A DNA stretch of 64,000 bases, from the NCBI GenBank assembly GCA_965178125.1, contig OZ237740.1:1240001-1304000 (forward strand), in the 5' to 3' direction. The translations under genes and the position numbers were made by a program. This document shows, piece by piece, positions 12,001-23,279 of this stretch. The notes under the pieces were generated by a model. It did no database searches and was not told the DNA's origin. It saw only the letters and a program-made list of their open reading frames with translations. Within the stretch, counting starts at the first letter, position 1; the number at the start of each line of letters is the position of its first letter. The DNA is from Bilabrum cf. latius (taxonomy: Eukaryota).

Positions 12001-15000
12001 CAGATGAGGCGACGGCGCGGGGAGTCTGAGGTGGTTGTGCATCAGCTCGCACCTACATTTGCGGATAAGGCATACGCGGGCTCTACCTAGCTTGGCAGGG
12101 ACACATCCGACAATACGTCGCAGGCTTCCAGCTTGAATGAATCGGTTGAGCTACCTGAGACGCCGACACTGTCGCGAGGCAGTGCGTTCCAGAGGATTGC
12201 TGAAGCGGCCATGTCGAGCGCGGCTGGACGGACCGCTGGTCCGCCGCCGCCATCGTCAGGTGCATCTCCTGGAGAAAGAAGTGCCCCGGCGTCCTTCGAG
12301 CAAGCTTCAACTGTGTTTCCTGGCCTGTCTGGTTGCACTACAGGCGAGCTTCTTCAGTGGACTGTGTGGAACTCCAGGGTAGCTCTATAGCTCTGGCTGC
12401 CTGAAGAGCTCCTTGAATTGCCTATTCGAGCAAAGCTGTCGTCGGAGACGTTGACTGACGAGCAAGGATTTGCATCAGTACCGGGTCTGTCTCGCTGGGG
12501 CGAGTGGGACGGGCCCTCAGATCCTTCCTCAGAGATGCCGCGTGGATTTGCGGGCCCGCTGCCCCCTGGAGCCACGGCCACTACTCGGCAAGAGCACCGC
12601 CAGGGTGACCGAGACGCCACGCAGGGTTTCGATATCATCGCAAGCTCAGTGCTGCAAATCGGCCGCATATCTCATAATACGTCGCTGCCAAGCAAATATC
12701 AGCCGGTAGAGGATGATTGGGCGCTGCAGGGTGTTTCTTCTTTGCTCTAGATGCTTGAGCCCAGGCCGCAGGAGCAGATGCTGGTGATACCTGGCGCTGC
12801 AACTGCTGATGACCTGGAGAGAACAGAAGCCAAGCTCTAGAAGGGATCAAGCGCTAGCATTGACCGCGCGCTGGCCCATTTGCAGCGAGCTGGTGAGCTT
12901 AAGAGCCTTGATGAGCTGATAGCTGAACAAAAACAGGAAGCACAGGAAGGCGGGCAGTCATCGGCCCGACAAGCTGCGCTGGCTGCTGCCACTGCAGCAG
13001 CTGCTGATGCGGATGCTGAAGAAGTTGTAGAAGAGTAGGATCCATCGAGTGAAGGCACAGATCGAGCCTAGAACAGTCGCCAGCAAGAAGCCGGGGCAGC
13101 CGATGGCCCGTCAAGCGGTTCTGGAGCGGATCGTCTCATGCCGACTACCACGCCCGCCCTAGGTCCCATGGGAACCCCGCACCTTGGCGGCATGAGCGGG
13201 GCTGCAGATGGTGCAGATGTGATGGCATCGGCTGGCGAGCTTTCAGACGACATGCCTGCTTTCAGTCTGGATGACTCGATGGGAGACGCGCTTGGAGCAA
13301 GCGGCAAGATCAGCAGCAGCGACCTGGCAGCAAGCCAGCTATCGGCCTCATAGGCGTCATCGGGCGTAAGAAATGCGATGCAGGCAGCTGTGTCTCGTCT
13401 TGGTGACCCTGCCGATACTCCAAGGCACGCAGCTGCCGTGCTGGCCATGCAGGATGACGAAGAAGTCGAGACGCTGCTGCGCGAGCTGCGCCCCTCGCAA
13501 GAAAACATACACCCAGGCTCATCAGCCGCCGGCGCTCAAGGCGGACTTTAGGCAGGCGATTTACGGGGGTCAACAGGAACAAGCCCTCGGCGGCCTGACC
13601 CGCCCACTGCCACAGCCAAACATCGCAGCATGACCCAAGCCGAGGCAGCTACCGTGCTGAAGGCAGATCCCTTCTGGCTGCTGCGTCCCGTTGCACGAGT
13701 CCACGAAGGTGTGGAATTGCTCTCCGCGCCTGAAGCAGCGCGTGCTGCTGGGGTATCTCTGGAAGGAAAGGCTTTGTTGGCTAGCGCTGGGTTGCGGGAA
13801 TTGCGGTCCGAGCGGGCAGGCTAGGCTGTTCGGACTGAAGTGCTCCGACAGGAGCAAGCAGTGCTCTGGGCTCAACGCCCAAGCGCATCTGCTGCGCTTT
13901 AGGTTGCGCTGGCTCCGCTGTGGCGGGCCCTGCGGCTGGGTATGAGGGAAGCTGCCAGGGATGAGGCGGAGCGCAAGAGGGCGGAGGCAAAGGCGCGGCG
14001 GCTAGCTCGGGCAGCGGCGCAGGAGGCTGCACGAGAGCAGGAGGCCCGCCGCTCGCAGGGCACAATCGTGCAGCAGCTGGTAGGACAGGAGCGCCTGAGT
14101 CCGGCTGATGTAGCGCGTCTGTCGGCCCCGTTGGCAATTGATGGCTTCGCTGGAGCGGCGGACGCAGCGGCTGGGGCTATTTTCGATCGCGACAGCGGGC
14201 GACAGGGCGGTTGGAGTGCGGCGCAGGGTGTCATGGGCGGTGCTGCAGCCATGCGGGACGACGGTGACAGCGAAGGCGATGGCGGGGAGCATCCGCCAGC
14301 AGTGCTGCCGCGCAGGATGCGGCGCAGCAGCGTGACGTCCGTGTCATCTGCGCTCGGCGGGGAAGCCGAGGACGACAACCGCGACAACCGCTCCGCGGCG
14401 GGCCGCGATGGTGACGGCGAGGGCTCGGTGGCAAACGGCCGGGGCAGCGGCTCCAACCAAGATAGCGCGTCTGCAGCTGGAGATGATGCTGCAGACGGTG
14501 CAGCGGCTGCAGATGGCGAAGATGATTCCGAGAAGAAGGACTCTGCGTCCCCGTGGCTTCGCCGGTTCCGCCGCCTTCTCCTATGCTTTAGCCTGGTGCA
14601 CTCGATTGAGCACGACGAAGTGGCCGTGGAAGCCGGGCAAGACGTTGTTTCGGGCCAGGTCCGTGCCGCTGCACCTGCGATTGTGGGCAGCGAGGGGCTC
14701 GAGCAGGCGGACGCAGCCGCCGTGCTGCAGGTCGATTCCGCCGTGCTCGGCAGCACAGATGCCGCGGAGGAAGCCAGTGCGCTGGCGATACGCAAACTCC
14801 GTCGCTTGGTTCGAGTGGCGACGCTTTGTGGCCCCACCTCCTTGCAGCAGGTCTCCACACGTCGGAGCGCTGCGTTGGCTGCGTCCGCTCCGGCCCTGCT
14901 CAACTCGATGGCTCGCGGGGACTCGAGGCTACTCACGAGTCTGGTCGCAAGCCTCATCCGCATGCCCGGTACCAGGCAGCTGATCGACTTCGACAACAAG

Positions 15001-16134
15001 CGGCGCATTTTCAGGACGGTCGTTCGAAGGCTGCAAGGCAACTCAGCCCGTGAGGTGCTCAGCCTTGCGGTCCGTCGTGACCGTGTGCTGGAGGACGTAC
15101 AGAGCAAGCTCTTCGGGCTCAAGGCGAGCGAGCTGCGGAAACGCCTCAGCGTCTCGTTCCGTGGGGAGGCTGGCGTGGACGCAGGAGGGCTAACCAAAGA
15201 GCTGTACACCCTGCTGGCACGTGACATCTTCAAGCCTGCGTTTGCGCTGTTCGAGGCGTCAGCGGACTCGTCCACGTACCAGCCGAGCGCGAACTCCTCG
15301 ATCAACGACAACCACCTGAACTACTTCCGGGTAATAGGCCGAGTTGTGGGCAAGGCCATCTGTGATGGCCACGTGCTGGACGTGCACTTCAGCAGAGCGG
15401 TGTACAAGCACATGCTCGGCCTGCCGCTGGGCGTGGAGGACCTGGAAGCGGCAGACCCGGAGTTCTTCCGAAGCATCAAGTTCTTGCTCGACAACGAGAT
15501 CGATGACATGTACCTGGGCATCACATTCTCTGTGGACGAGGACCACTTTGGCGAGAAGAAACAGATCGAGCTGGTGCCGGGCGGGGACGACGTGGAGGTG
15601 ACAGACGCCAACAAGCACGCCTACGTCAAGCTGGTGGTGAAGCACCGCCTCACCAGCAGGATCCGAGCGCAGCTAGAGTCGTTCTTGCGCGGGTTCTACG
15701 AGCTCGTACCGCCGGAGCTCGCGCGCATCTTCACTGTCCCTGAGCTGGAGATGATCATCAGCGGGACTCCCGAGATCGACGTGGTGGACATGCGCCGGCA
15801 CTCGAGGTACAGGGGCGGATACAGGGCGGAGGACAAGCAGGTCCGCTGGTTGTGGCAGGTGATAGACGAGCTGAGCGAGCAGGACAAGGCCCGGCTGCTC
15901 ATGTTCGTGACCGGCACGTCCAAGATCCCAGTGGAGGGGTTCTCGTCGCTGCGAGGAGTGAACGGTCCTACCCCGTTCACCATCGCCAAGATCCCTGGAG
16001 GGGACGAGAGGCTGCCTCAGTCGCACACGTGCTTCAATACCCTGGATCTCCCTGCGTACTCCAGCATGCAGACTCTCAGGAAGCGGCTGCTGACGGCCAT
16101 CCGACTGGGTGGGGAGGGCTTCGGGCTGGCCTGA
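1..16134 (+). CDS. Giant HECT-domain E3 ubiquitin ligase, HUWE1/Tom1/UPL1 type (5' end outside window; about 5377 aa visible; TAG read as Gln)
   Basis: The frame +1 ORF fragments from 1..549 through 13942..16134 are separated only by TAG (more than 50 counted by hand; no in-frame TAA/TGA seen). The frame ends at TGA 16132-16134. C-terminal HECT domain: FRGEAGVDAGGLTKE, FRVIGRVVGKAI, LLMFVTGTSKIP, catalytic LPQSHTCFNTLDLP, terminal EGFGLA. UBM-like segment GIDVGFLQYLPREAQ...IQSLPPELR at about 7270-7375. Confidence 0.92.
5260..6283 (+). repeat. Coding tandem repeat, 36-nt unit x about 28, encoding (SSSSGPGAAGAG)n inside the HECT gene
   Basis: Unit tcctcgtcgagcggtccgggagctgcaggtgcaggg repeats with period 36 from 5281 to 6253, with only a few substitutions, in frame +1. 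Confidence 0.95.
6532..7237 (+). repeat. Coding compound repeat: 8 copies of AQAAASSSSGGD separated by variable (PA)n runs
   Basis: gcaccg hexamer runs of variable length alternate with gcacaagccgcggccagctcgagctccggaggcgat; visible in ORF 6457..7563. Confidence 0.93.
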
Positions 16135-16361
16135 TTGGAGCCAACGGGATTGGTCGGACTGGCGTACGAAAACATAGATACTAACTGACAAAAGCATACT
16201 TTGATTTAGAATATTCGTTTGGATAGCCGATGAGATCATGCTGTCGCATCATGCAGAGTGCCCCTCAGGCTAGCTGTGGTCACGCGGTCAAGGACTGTGT
16301 ATATTATTCTCCCTCTCATGTTGACGCTAGATTGTTTGTTACTTTGATCCCACGTATAAGT

Positions 16362-16884
16362 ATGGCAGCTGCACAAGAGACTGTGGTTTCAAAAATTGTT
16401 ATTTCCACCTCAGATGCACCAAAAGGTATGTGCTGCCCGCCATTGCCATGCCAAGCCACGTGAGCTGGGCTTATCAGCAGCACCGTCCCCCAACTGTAGC
16501 TACCGAGGTCCTATTTCTCTATTTCTCGCAGCGATTGGTCCATACTCGCAAGCAATAAAAGCTGCTGGAATGGTTTACATCTCTGGCATGATTGGGTTGG
16601 ACCCCAAAACTCAAAAAATGGTCGAAGGAGGCGTAAAAGAGTAGGCAGCCCAAGCTCTGGCCAATCTAGGAGGAGTGTTGAAGGCCAGTGGAATAGGGCC
16701 GAAAGAGGTTGTCAAGACAACCGTTCTGCTGACTACCATGGATGATTATGCCGCTGTGAACGAGGTGTACGCCGACTTTTTCAAGGAGTGCGAAGGATCT
16801 TATCCAGCACGTGCAGCATTTGCCGTTAAAGGGCTACCTGCTGGAGCTCTCGTCGAGATTGAGGGCATAGCTATGCAAAAATGA
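16362..16884 (+). CDS. RIDA: RidA / YjgF-YER057c-UK114 family enamine/imine deaminase (exons 16362-16425 and 16532-16884; one TAG=Gln)
   Basis: Spliced product [46 protein letters not shown]...GGVKE[TAG 16642]AAQALANL...VVKTTVLL...[15 protein letters not shown]...[24 protein letters not shown]. Stop is TGA 16882-16884. Confidence 0.95.
16426..16531 (+). other. Spliceosomal intron (106 nt) in RidA
   Basis: GTATGT donor and pyrimidine-rich ctatttctctatttctcgCAG acceptor. Removing it restores the family motif [11 protein letters not shown]. Confidence 0.92.
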
Positions 16885-17099
16885 CTAAACTCCGCACAGA
16901 TTACTACCAAAGCGCTCGCAATCAAGCCATAAAGCAATGGCAATTTTTCGGAGGCAATGAACGTTCCTTTCTACTAGCCAGCGAACCCGCCAATTCACCA
17001 GCTGGCAGCTGCCACTTGGCACGCTCAAAACAACTGGAGAGCCTCATCTAGCCAGGCTCAAGCTAAGTTCTTTCTATATTTCATATAGCTCTTGGAGAT

Positions 17100-18422
17100 A
17101 TGGCGCTAAATACAGTCATGTGCTTGGTGTTTGCTGCTATTGCAGCAACGTGTCTAGCGGATTCGCGTGGCAAGAGCAATCGGTTGAAGAAGCACGGATC
17201 TCCGGAGCAGCGTTTGGCTCAGTACAGAAGTATGATTTTGGACGAGGTGAAACGCGGGCCAAAATTTGTTGCAGCGCTTGTTTTGGGGGGCAAGGACCTG
17301 CCCTTGTCAATCGGCAACTCCACATTGCAACCGTTCAAGATCCAACGCACGACGGTAACGAATGGTCAGTTTCGACAATTTGTGCGAAAAACATCATATA
17401 AAACAGAGGCTGAGCAGTTCGGATGGTCTTTTGTGTTCAAGAGCCACGTATCCAAGAAGACTTTGGCCGGCGTCACCCAGACAGTCGAAGGCGCCAACTG
17501 GTGGCTGCCGGTGCGGGGTGCGTACTGGCGGTAGCCGGCCGGGCCCGGCTCCACGATCAAGCACAAGCTGGACTACCCGGTAACCCACGTAAGCTTGACC
17601 GACGCGAAGGCTTTTTGTGCCTGGGCGGGCGGGCGCCTGCCGACGGAGCAGGAGTGGGAGGCGGCGGCGAGGGGTGACCTAGCGGCCATCCTGGAGAAGC
17701 ACGCGGGCGCTGCAGAAAAAAACGGACTGCCATGGGGCCGCGGCAACCCCCAGCGAAGGATGAACTACTTTCAAGGAACGTTCCCTGGCCGCGACCTGGA
17801 GGAGGACGGTCACGGTGGGCTGGCCCCCGTCGGAGTGTTCCCCCCATAGAACCAGCTGGGGATCGAGAACATGCTGGGGAACGGGTGGGAGTGGGTGGAC
17901 TCGAGGTACACAGATGGACCTGGGCGCGACGCGAAGCAGGAGCAGTGGGTGCTGCGTGGAGGCAGCTACATCGACTCGATCGATGGCGCGCACAACCACA
18001 AGATCGACCTCTCTACCAGGATGCCCAACACGGCTGACGCGGGGTCAGACAACCTTGCGTTCCGCTGCGCGTTCGACCTGGACCGCAAGCAGGCCAAGGC
18101 TGCGCTTGCGATCCGAGTGAAGACGATCCGGCGAATGGCTCGACTCGCTGCAACTGGTGGGAGCGCTGGTCAGCGCGACGATGACGACGAGGAGGAGAAC
18201 GAGGTCCGTGCGGCGAGCAAGTACTACGAGGATATCCTTAGTGACAACACCGTGGAGGAGCTGGAGGTATTCGATGACGACGAGGACGACGAGGATGAGG
18301 ACGAGGACGAGCGGAGGTGGCAGGGCAAGGAGCCCAGGGCTAGCAAGCGTGAGAGAGGCCGCAAGCACAAGAAGGGCAGAGAAGAGAAGGGAAGACGCAC
18401 CCGGCGTCACGAGGACCTTTGA
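17100..18422 (+). CDS. SUMF2: Formylglycine-generating-enzyme family protein, SUMF2/pFGE-like; signal peptide and ER-retention HEDL (two TAG=Gln)
   Basis: Three same-frame ORF pieces joined at TAG 17532 and TAG 17847. Motifs [25 protein letters not shown][Q][23 protein letters not shown][Q][27 protein letters not shown]...[19 protein letters not shown]. It lacks the catalytic Cys pair of SUMF1. Ends HEDL-TGA. Confidence 0.88.
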
Positions 18423-18579
18423 GTTGCGTTATCTGAATCCAACTCGGTTGTTGTTCAACAATACCTTGCGTCGTTTTCGGACGGTGCCATCCAGCTGCCA
18501 CGACAAGCCAATTCGTCATCATCCGGATACTGCTCGAAGCACGTCTATAATAAGGATCCATGCTTCACTAGCAACACGT

Positions 18580-21500
18580 TTAGCCCGGCGGCGAGGGCGG
18601 AGGGACCATTGAAAGGTCGACAGAGCCCCTCCGTCCCAACGCATCCCTCGACCCACCGCTGTCCTCTGGCGGGGGCTCAATGTCGGCTGAATCCACCGAG
18701 TCGTGATCATTGTCATCGTGCTACGCCGAGCCTTGGGATGTCGATGACAGGCCGCCGCGCCCCCTTCCCGTGCCTCCCACCTAGGCCCCTTTGCTGCTAG
18801 GTCCGGCGTCCACGGCCTCGGTCGTCTTGGACTCCGGTGCGGCCGTCTCAGAAGCTAGATATCGCCTACCAGGGCCACCCCAGCTGCCAGCTTCTTCGGT
18901 GGCATCTTCCTCGTCCTCTACGATTTGGTCTGCCAGCCCTGCAATGGCAGCCTCCAGACTCGGAGACTGCCTCTGCCTGGAGCTGCTGGTGGCACCCGCC
19001 GCTCCTGGAATGCCAGATTCAGCTGCGTGCCCTGCCAGTGGCGTGCCCTCGCCGAAGAGGCGGCTTCCGTACCTCGACAGAGACTTGCCAAAGTCGGCTT
19101 GTTTCCTCGGCGAGGTTCCCGGCTTGACCACGACCGCGCGCACCCTCCCGATGGGTCGCATCTCATCGCGCTCTGCCTTGTCCTGGAGGGCCTGCCGCAT
19201 GCGCAGGACTGGAAATGACACAGTTCGTACCGCACTCCTGAACTTTGCCTTGATCTGCTCGCGCTTTGCCTGCTGAGCCGCCCGTTGCTCGGGAGTCTCC
19301 GCCCTGTCTTTCCTCTGCGCCGCTTCAGCCTCGTCCTCTCCTGTCTGCGTCCCGGTAGCTCGCATCTCCACCGGCTTCGGGGCGTGCTGCGCCTGAGAGG
19401 CCGCGATAGATGATGAACACGAGGCGAGCAGCGCCCTAGCACCAGCTCTAGGGTCGGGAAGGACAGATCGGATCACAACCGCAGTTGAGCACCTGGCGCC
19501 GGCTGGTAAGATGCCTTGCGCACTCACTCCGACTGACCGTGTGGCCTTTACGACGCTTGGTACTGCTACTGGTGCAAGCCACCCAGCTGTTCCACACTGT
19601 CCCAGCACGTTTCGAGGAGCGGGCAACACGCCGTGGGCATTGAGCCCGGTCTGCACCTCGAACGTCGCCGACGATCTGATAGCGCTGGCATTGACGCTGA
19701 GCAATGCTTTCTATGGCTCAACCGACCAATTTCGTCGCTTAATCGAATTTGACAAAGACTCAACAGGTGGTACACATTGAGGGAGCATCGGTGGTGACGT
19801 TGCAGGTAGACTTACGCGGGCTGGGCTGCCCGATGGCCCTGACCCGGTTGGAGGCACGACTCCAGCTCCGGCACCCCACCCGACCGTGTCAAATACGTCG
19901 GATCGCACTGGGATGCTCTGCCCAAGCAGACCAGTGCCTGCGTTGAGTCGGCCTACCAGCATGTGGGCTTTGGGATGGAACCCAGCCGAAAGCGGTGGCA
20001 AATGTCGATGGCCGGGCGCATGAAACCCGAGCGAGGGAAGACTGGAGAAGGCGGTGCCCCGTCGCGTGTCTAGACGCACCCCAAGTTTTGCAGAGTGCTT
20101 TACGCCTATGTCGTTCCAAGGACCACGCGTTGAGTGCGCCGGTAGGGTTGCACTCGAATGAACCTGGCCTTCGTCGCGGGACGCCAAGCGCGACCTGGAG
20201 CTGGCTATCCCTGCAGCTGTTGGCTTGCCACCAGGACGGGAGTCATGCCCTGTCTTATCCTAGATCCTTCTCAAGTGCGCCTCAAGGGCTTGGCGGTGCA
20301 GTGGACTGCCATCCGCAGACGTGCTTATTTTCGTGCCGTCGCGCGAACCCGCGAACGTGTCGATTGCAGAGACTGCAGCCTGGCTAATGGGAGACCCAGG
20401 CACTGGGGCAGCTGCTGACTCAGGTGCAGGAGCGGGCGCGACCTAATGCTCCTCCGAAGCGTCGTCCTGAAGCGGCGGGATCGAAGACACAGAGTCGGAG
20501 CAATCCTCGGGTGGTGCAGGTTCTGCAGCGAGTGGAAGCTCTGGTGTGGCGACGGACTCGGCGCCAGCAGTTGCCGCGACAATCATGATGCGCTCGGGCG
20601 TAGCAGAGCCCGGGTCCTCCTGCATGACAGTCTCGCTATCCAACGAAGAATCCAGCTTGTCTTCCACCGATTCGGTATCTAAAATCTCAGTAGCGCTGCG
20701 CATTCGAAAGTCGACGTCGGCAGTCGGCGCAGCAACAGATTCAGGAGGTGCTACTGTGGACGCCGCGCCATCTGAATACAGCCTACCTCGAAGTGCCTAT
20801 AACCTTGAGCCTGCTTTTGTGGGCGAATCAAGCGGAGATGCGGTCAATGAATTCGTGGAAGTACTCTTCTTCTTCACGGTCTTCGCGGCCGGCTTGCTCT
20901 CATCCACTGCTGCCGTGCCCGCTGCTGCCGTGCCCGCTTTGCTGGTGGTCTTCTTCTTCACGGTCTTCGCGGCCGGCTTGCTCTCATCCGCTGCTGCAGT
21001 GCCCGCTGCTGCCGTGCCCGCTTTGCTGGTGGTCTTCTTCTTCACGGTCTTCGCGGCCGGCTTGCTCTCATCCACTGCTGCCGTGCCCGCTGCTGCCGTG
21101 CCCGCTTTGCTGGTGGTCTTCTTCTTCACGGTCTTCGCGGCCGGCTTGCTCTCATCCGCTGCTGCCGTGCCCGCTGCTGCCGTGCCCGCTTTGCTGGTGG
21201 TCTTCTTCTTCACGGTCTTCGCGGCCGGCTTGCCCTCATCCACTGCCGCCGTGCCCGCTGCTGCCGTGCCCGCTTTGCTGGTGGTCTTCTTCTTCACGGT
21301 CTTCGCGGCCGGCTTGCTCTCATCCACTGCTGCCGTGCCCGCTGCTGCCGTGCCCGCTTTGCTGGTGGTCTTCTTCTTCACGGTCTTCGCGGCCGGCTTG
21401 CCCTCATCCACTGCTGCCGTGCCCGCTGCTGCCGTGCCCGCTTTGCTGGTGGTCTTCTTCTTCACGGTCTTCGCGGCCGGCTTGCTCTCATCCACTGCTG

Positions 21501-22935
21501 CCGTGCCCGCTGCTGCCGTGCCCGCTTTGCTGGTGGTCTTCTTCTTCACGGTCTTCGCGGCCGGCTTGCTCTCATCCGCTGCTGCCGTGCCCGCTGCTGC
21601 CGTGCCCGCTTTGCTGGTGGTCTTCTTCTTCACGGTCTTCGCGGCCGGCTTGCCCTCATCCGCTGCTGCCGTGCCCGCTGCTGCCGTGCCCGCTGCTGCC
21701 GTGCCCGCTTTGCTGGTGGTCTTCTTCTTCACGGTCTTCGCGGCCGGCTTGCCCTCATCCACTGCTGCCGTGCCCGCTGCTGCCGTGCCCGCTTTGCTGG
21801 TGGTCTTCTTCTTCACGGTCTTCGCGGCCGGCTTGCTCTCATCCACTGCTGCCGTGCCCGCTGCTGCCGTGCCCGCTGCTGCCGTGCCCGCTGCTGCCGT
21901 GCCCGCTGTGCTGGTGGTCTTCTTCTTCACGGTCTTCGCGGCCGGCTTGCCCTCATCCGCTGCTGCCGTGCCCGCTGCTGCCGTGCCCGCTTTGCTGGTG
22001 GTCTTCTTCTTCACGGTCTTCGCGGCCGGCTTGCTCTCATCCACTGCTGCCGTGCCCGCTGCTGCCGTGCCCGCTGCTGCCGTGCCCGCTTTGCTGGTGG
22101 TCTTCTTCTTCACGGTCTTCGCGGCCGGCTTGCTCTCATCCGCTGCTGCCGTGCCCGCTGCTGCCGTGCCCGCTTTGCTGGTGGTCTTCTTCTTCACGGT
22201 CTTCGCGGCCGGCTTGCTCTCATCCACTGCTGCCGTGCCCGCTGCTGCCGTGCCCGCTTTGCTGGTGGTCTTCTTCTTCACGGTCTTCGCGGCCGGCTTG
22301 CCCTCATCCACTGCTGCCGTGCCCGCTGCTGCCGTGCCCGCTTTGCTGGTGGTCTTCTTCTTCACGGTCTTCGCGGCCGGCTTGCTCTCATCCACTGCTG
22401 CCGTGCCCGCTGCTGCCGTGCCCGCTTTGCTGGTGGTCTTCTTCTTCACGGTCTTCGCGGCCGGCTTGCTCTCATCCGCTGCTGCCGTGCCCGCTGCTGC
22501 CGTGCCCGCTTTGCTGGTGGTCTTCTTCTTCACGGTCTTCGCGGCCGGCTTGCCCTCATCCGCTGCTGCCGTGCCCGCTGCTGCCGTGCCCGCTGCTGCC
22601 GTGCCCGCTTTGCTGGTGGTCTTCTTCTTCACGGTCTTCGCGGCCGGCTTGCCCTCATCCACTGCTGCCGTGCCCGCTGCTGCCGTGCCCGCTGCTGCCG
22701 TGCCCGCTTTGCTGGTGGTCTTCTTCTTCACGGTCTTCGCGGCCGGCTTGCTCTCATCCACTGCTGCCGTGCCCGCTGCTGCCGTGCCCGCTTTGCTGGT
22801 GGTCTTCTTCTTCACGGTCTTTGCGGCCACTTTGGCTGAGTCACTAGTTGATTTTGCATCATCGGGGGTTTTGACTTTCTTCAAGGTAGCCTTTTTTGTC
22901 GATTTCTTCAACGCAACTCCGAACGGACTCTACAT
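18580..22935 (-). CDS. Uncharacterised about 1450-aa low-complexity protein with N-terminal Lys/Ala/Thr-rich (histone-H1-tail-like) repeats
   Basis: Minus-strand ORFs 20797..22911, 20443..20703, 19711..20187 and 18781..19704 share one frame broken only by TAG. Proposed start ATG 22935 (M-[TAG]-SPFGVALKK). First non-TAG stop is TAA at 18580-18582, after ...MVPPPSPPG. Confidence 0.75.
20866..22827 (-). repeat. Coding tandem repeat, 84-nt core unit x about 22-23, with a variable number of 15-nt subunits: KPAAKTVKKKTTSK(AGTAA)2-4(V/A)DE(S/G)
   Basis: The plus-strand unit ttcttcttcacggtcttcgcggccggcttgc(t/c)ctcatcc(a/g)ctgctgccgtgcccgctgctgccgtgcccgctttgctggtggtc recurs throughout. Confidence 0.95.
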
Positions 22936-23279
22936 GCTGCACCCACAAGTTGAGATCAAAGTTTGTGGCCAGCTAGAACTCCGTACTATACACGAAATCA
23001 CTTTAACTAAGTGGAATTGACTATTGTTGTGTTCCTGGATGCAAAAATTTGTGTGGAAGGCTCGCAAATCGGAAACGATTGGTCGTGCAATGCATCCAGT
23101 TGACTGCTCACGCACGAGGCTAAGTATAGAATTTTTCGAGCAACTGGCGCATATTATCGAACTAAATTTAAATTGGGTCGATCAATCGTCAAGGGGCCGG
23201 ACACATTGTTGTGAGATGAATCTTCTGGACATGATGATGGAGGTCGCAGGCGGTCGCAAATATGCGCTGGCAACCTGCA

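Noticed and set aside
13899-15311. 470-aa minus-strand ORF and similar long antisense ORFs (35409..36728, 59270..60271, 29383..30582)
   Set aside because: GC-rich antisense shadows of well-supported genes on the other strand, with no recognisable motifs.
20546-23020. 824-aa and 699-aa plus-strand ORFs (VVFFFTVFAAG / CPLLPC repeats)
   Set aside because: Antisense shadows of a stop-free tandem repeat. The minus frame continues into unique sequence on both sides.
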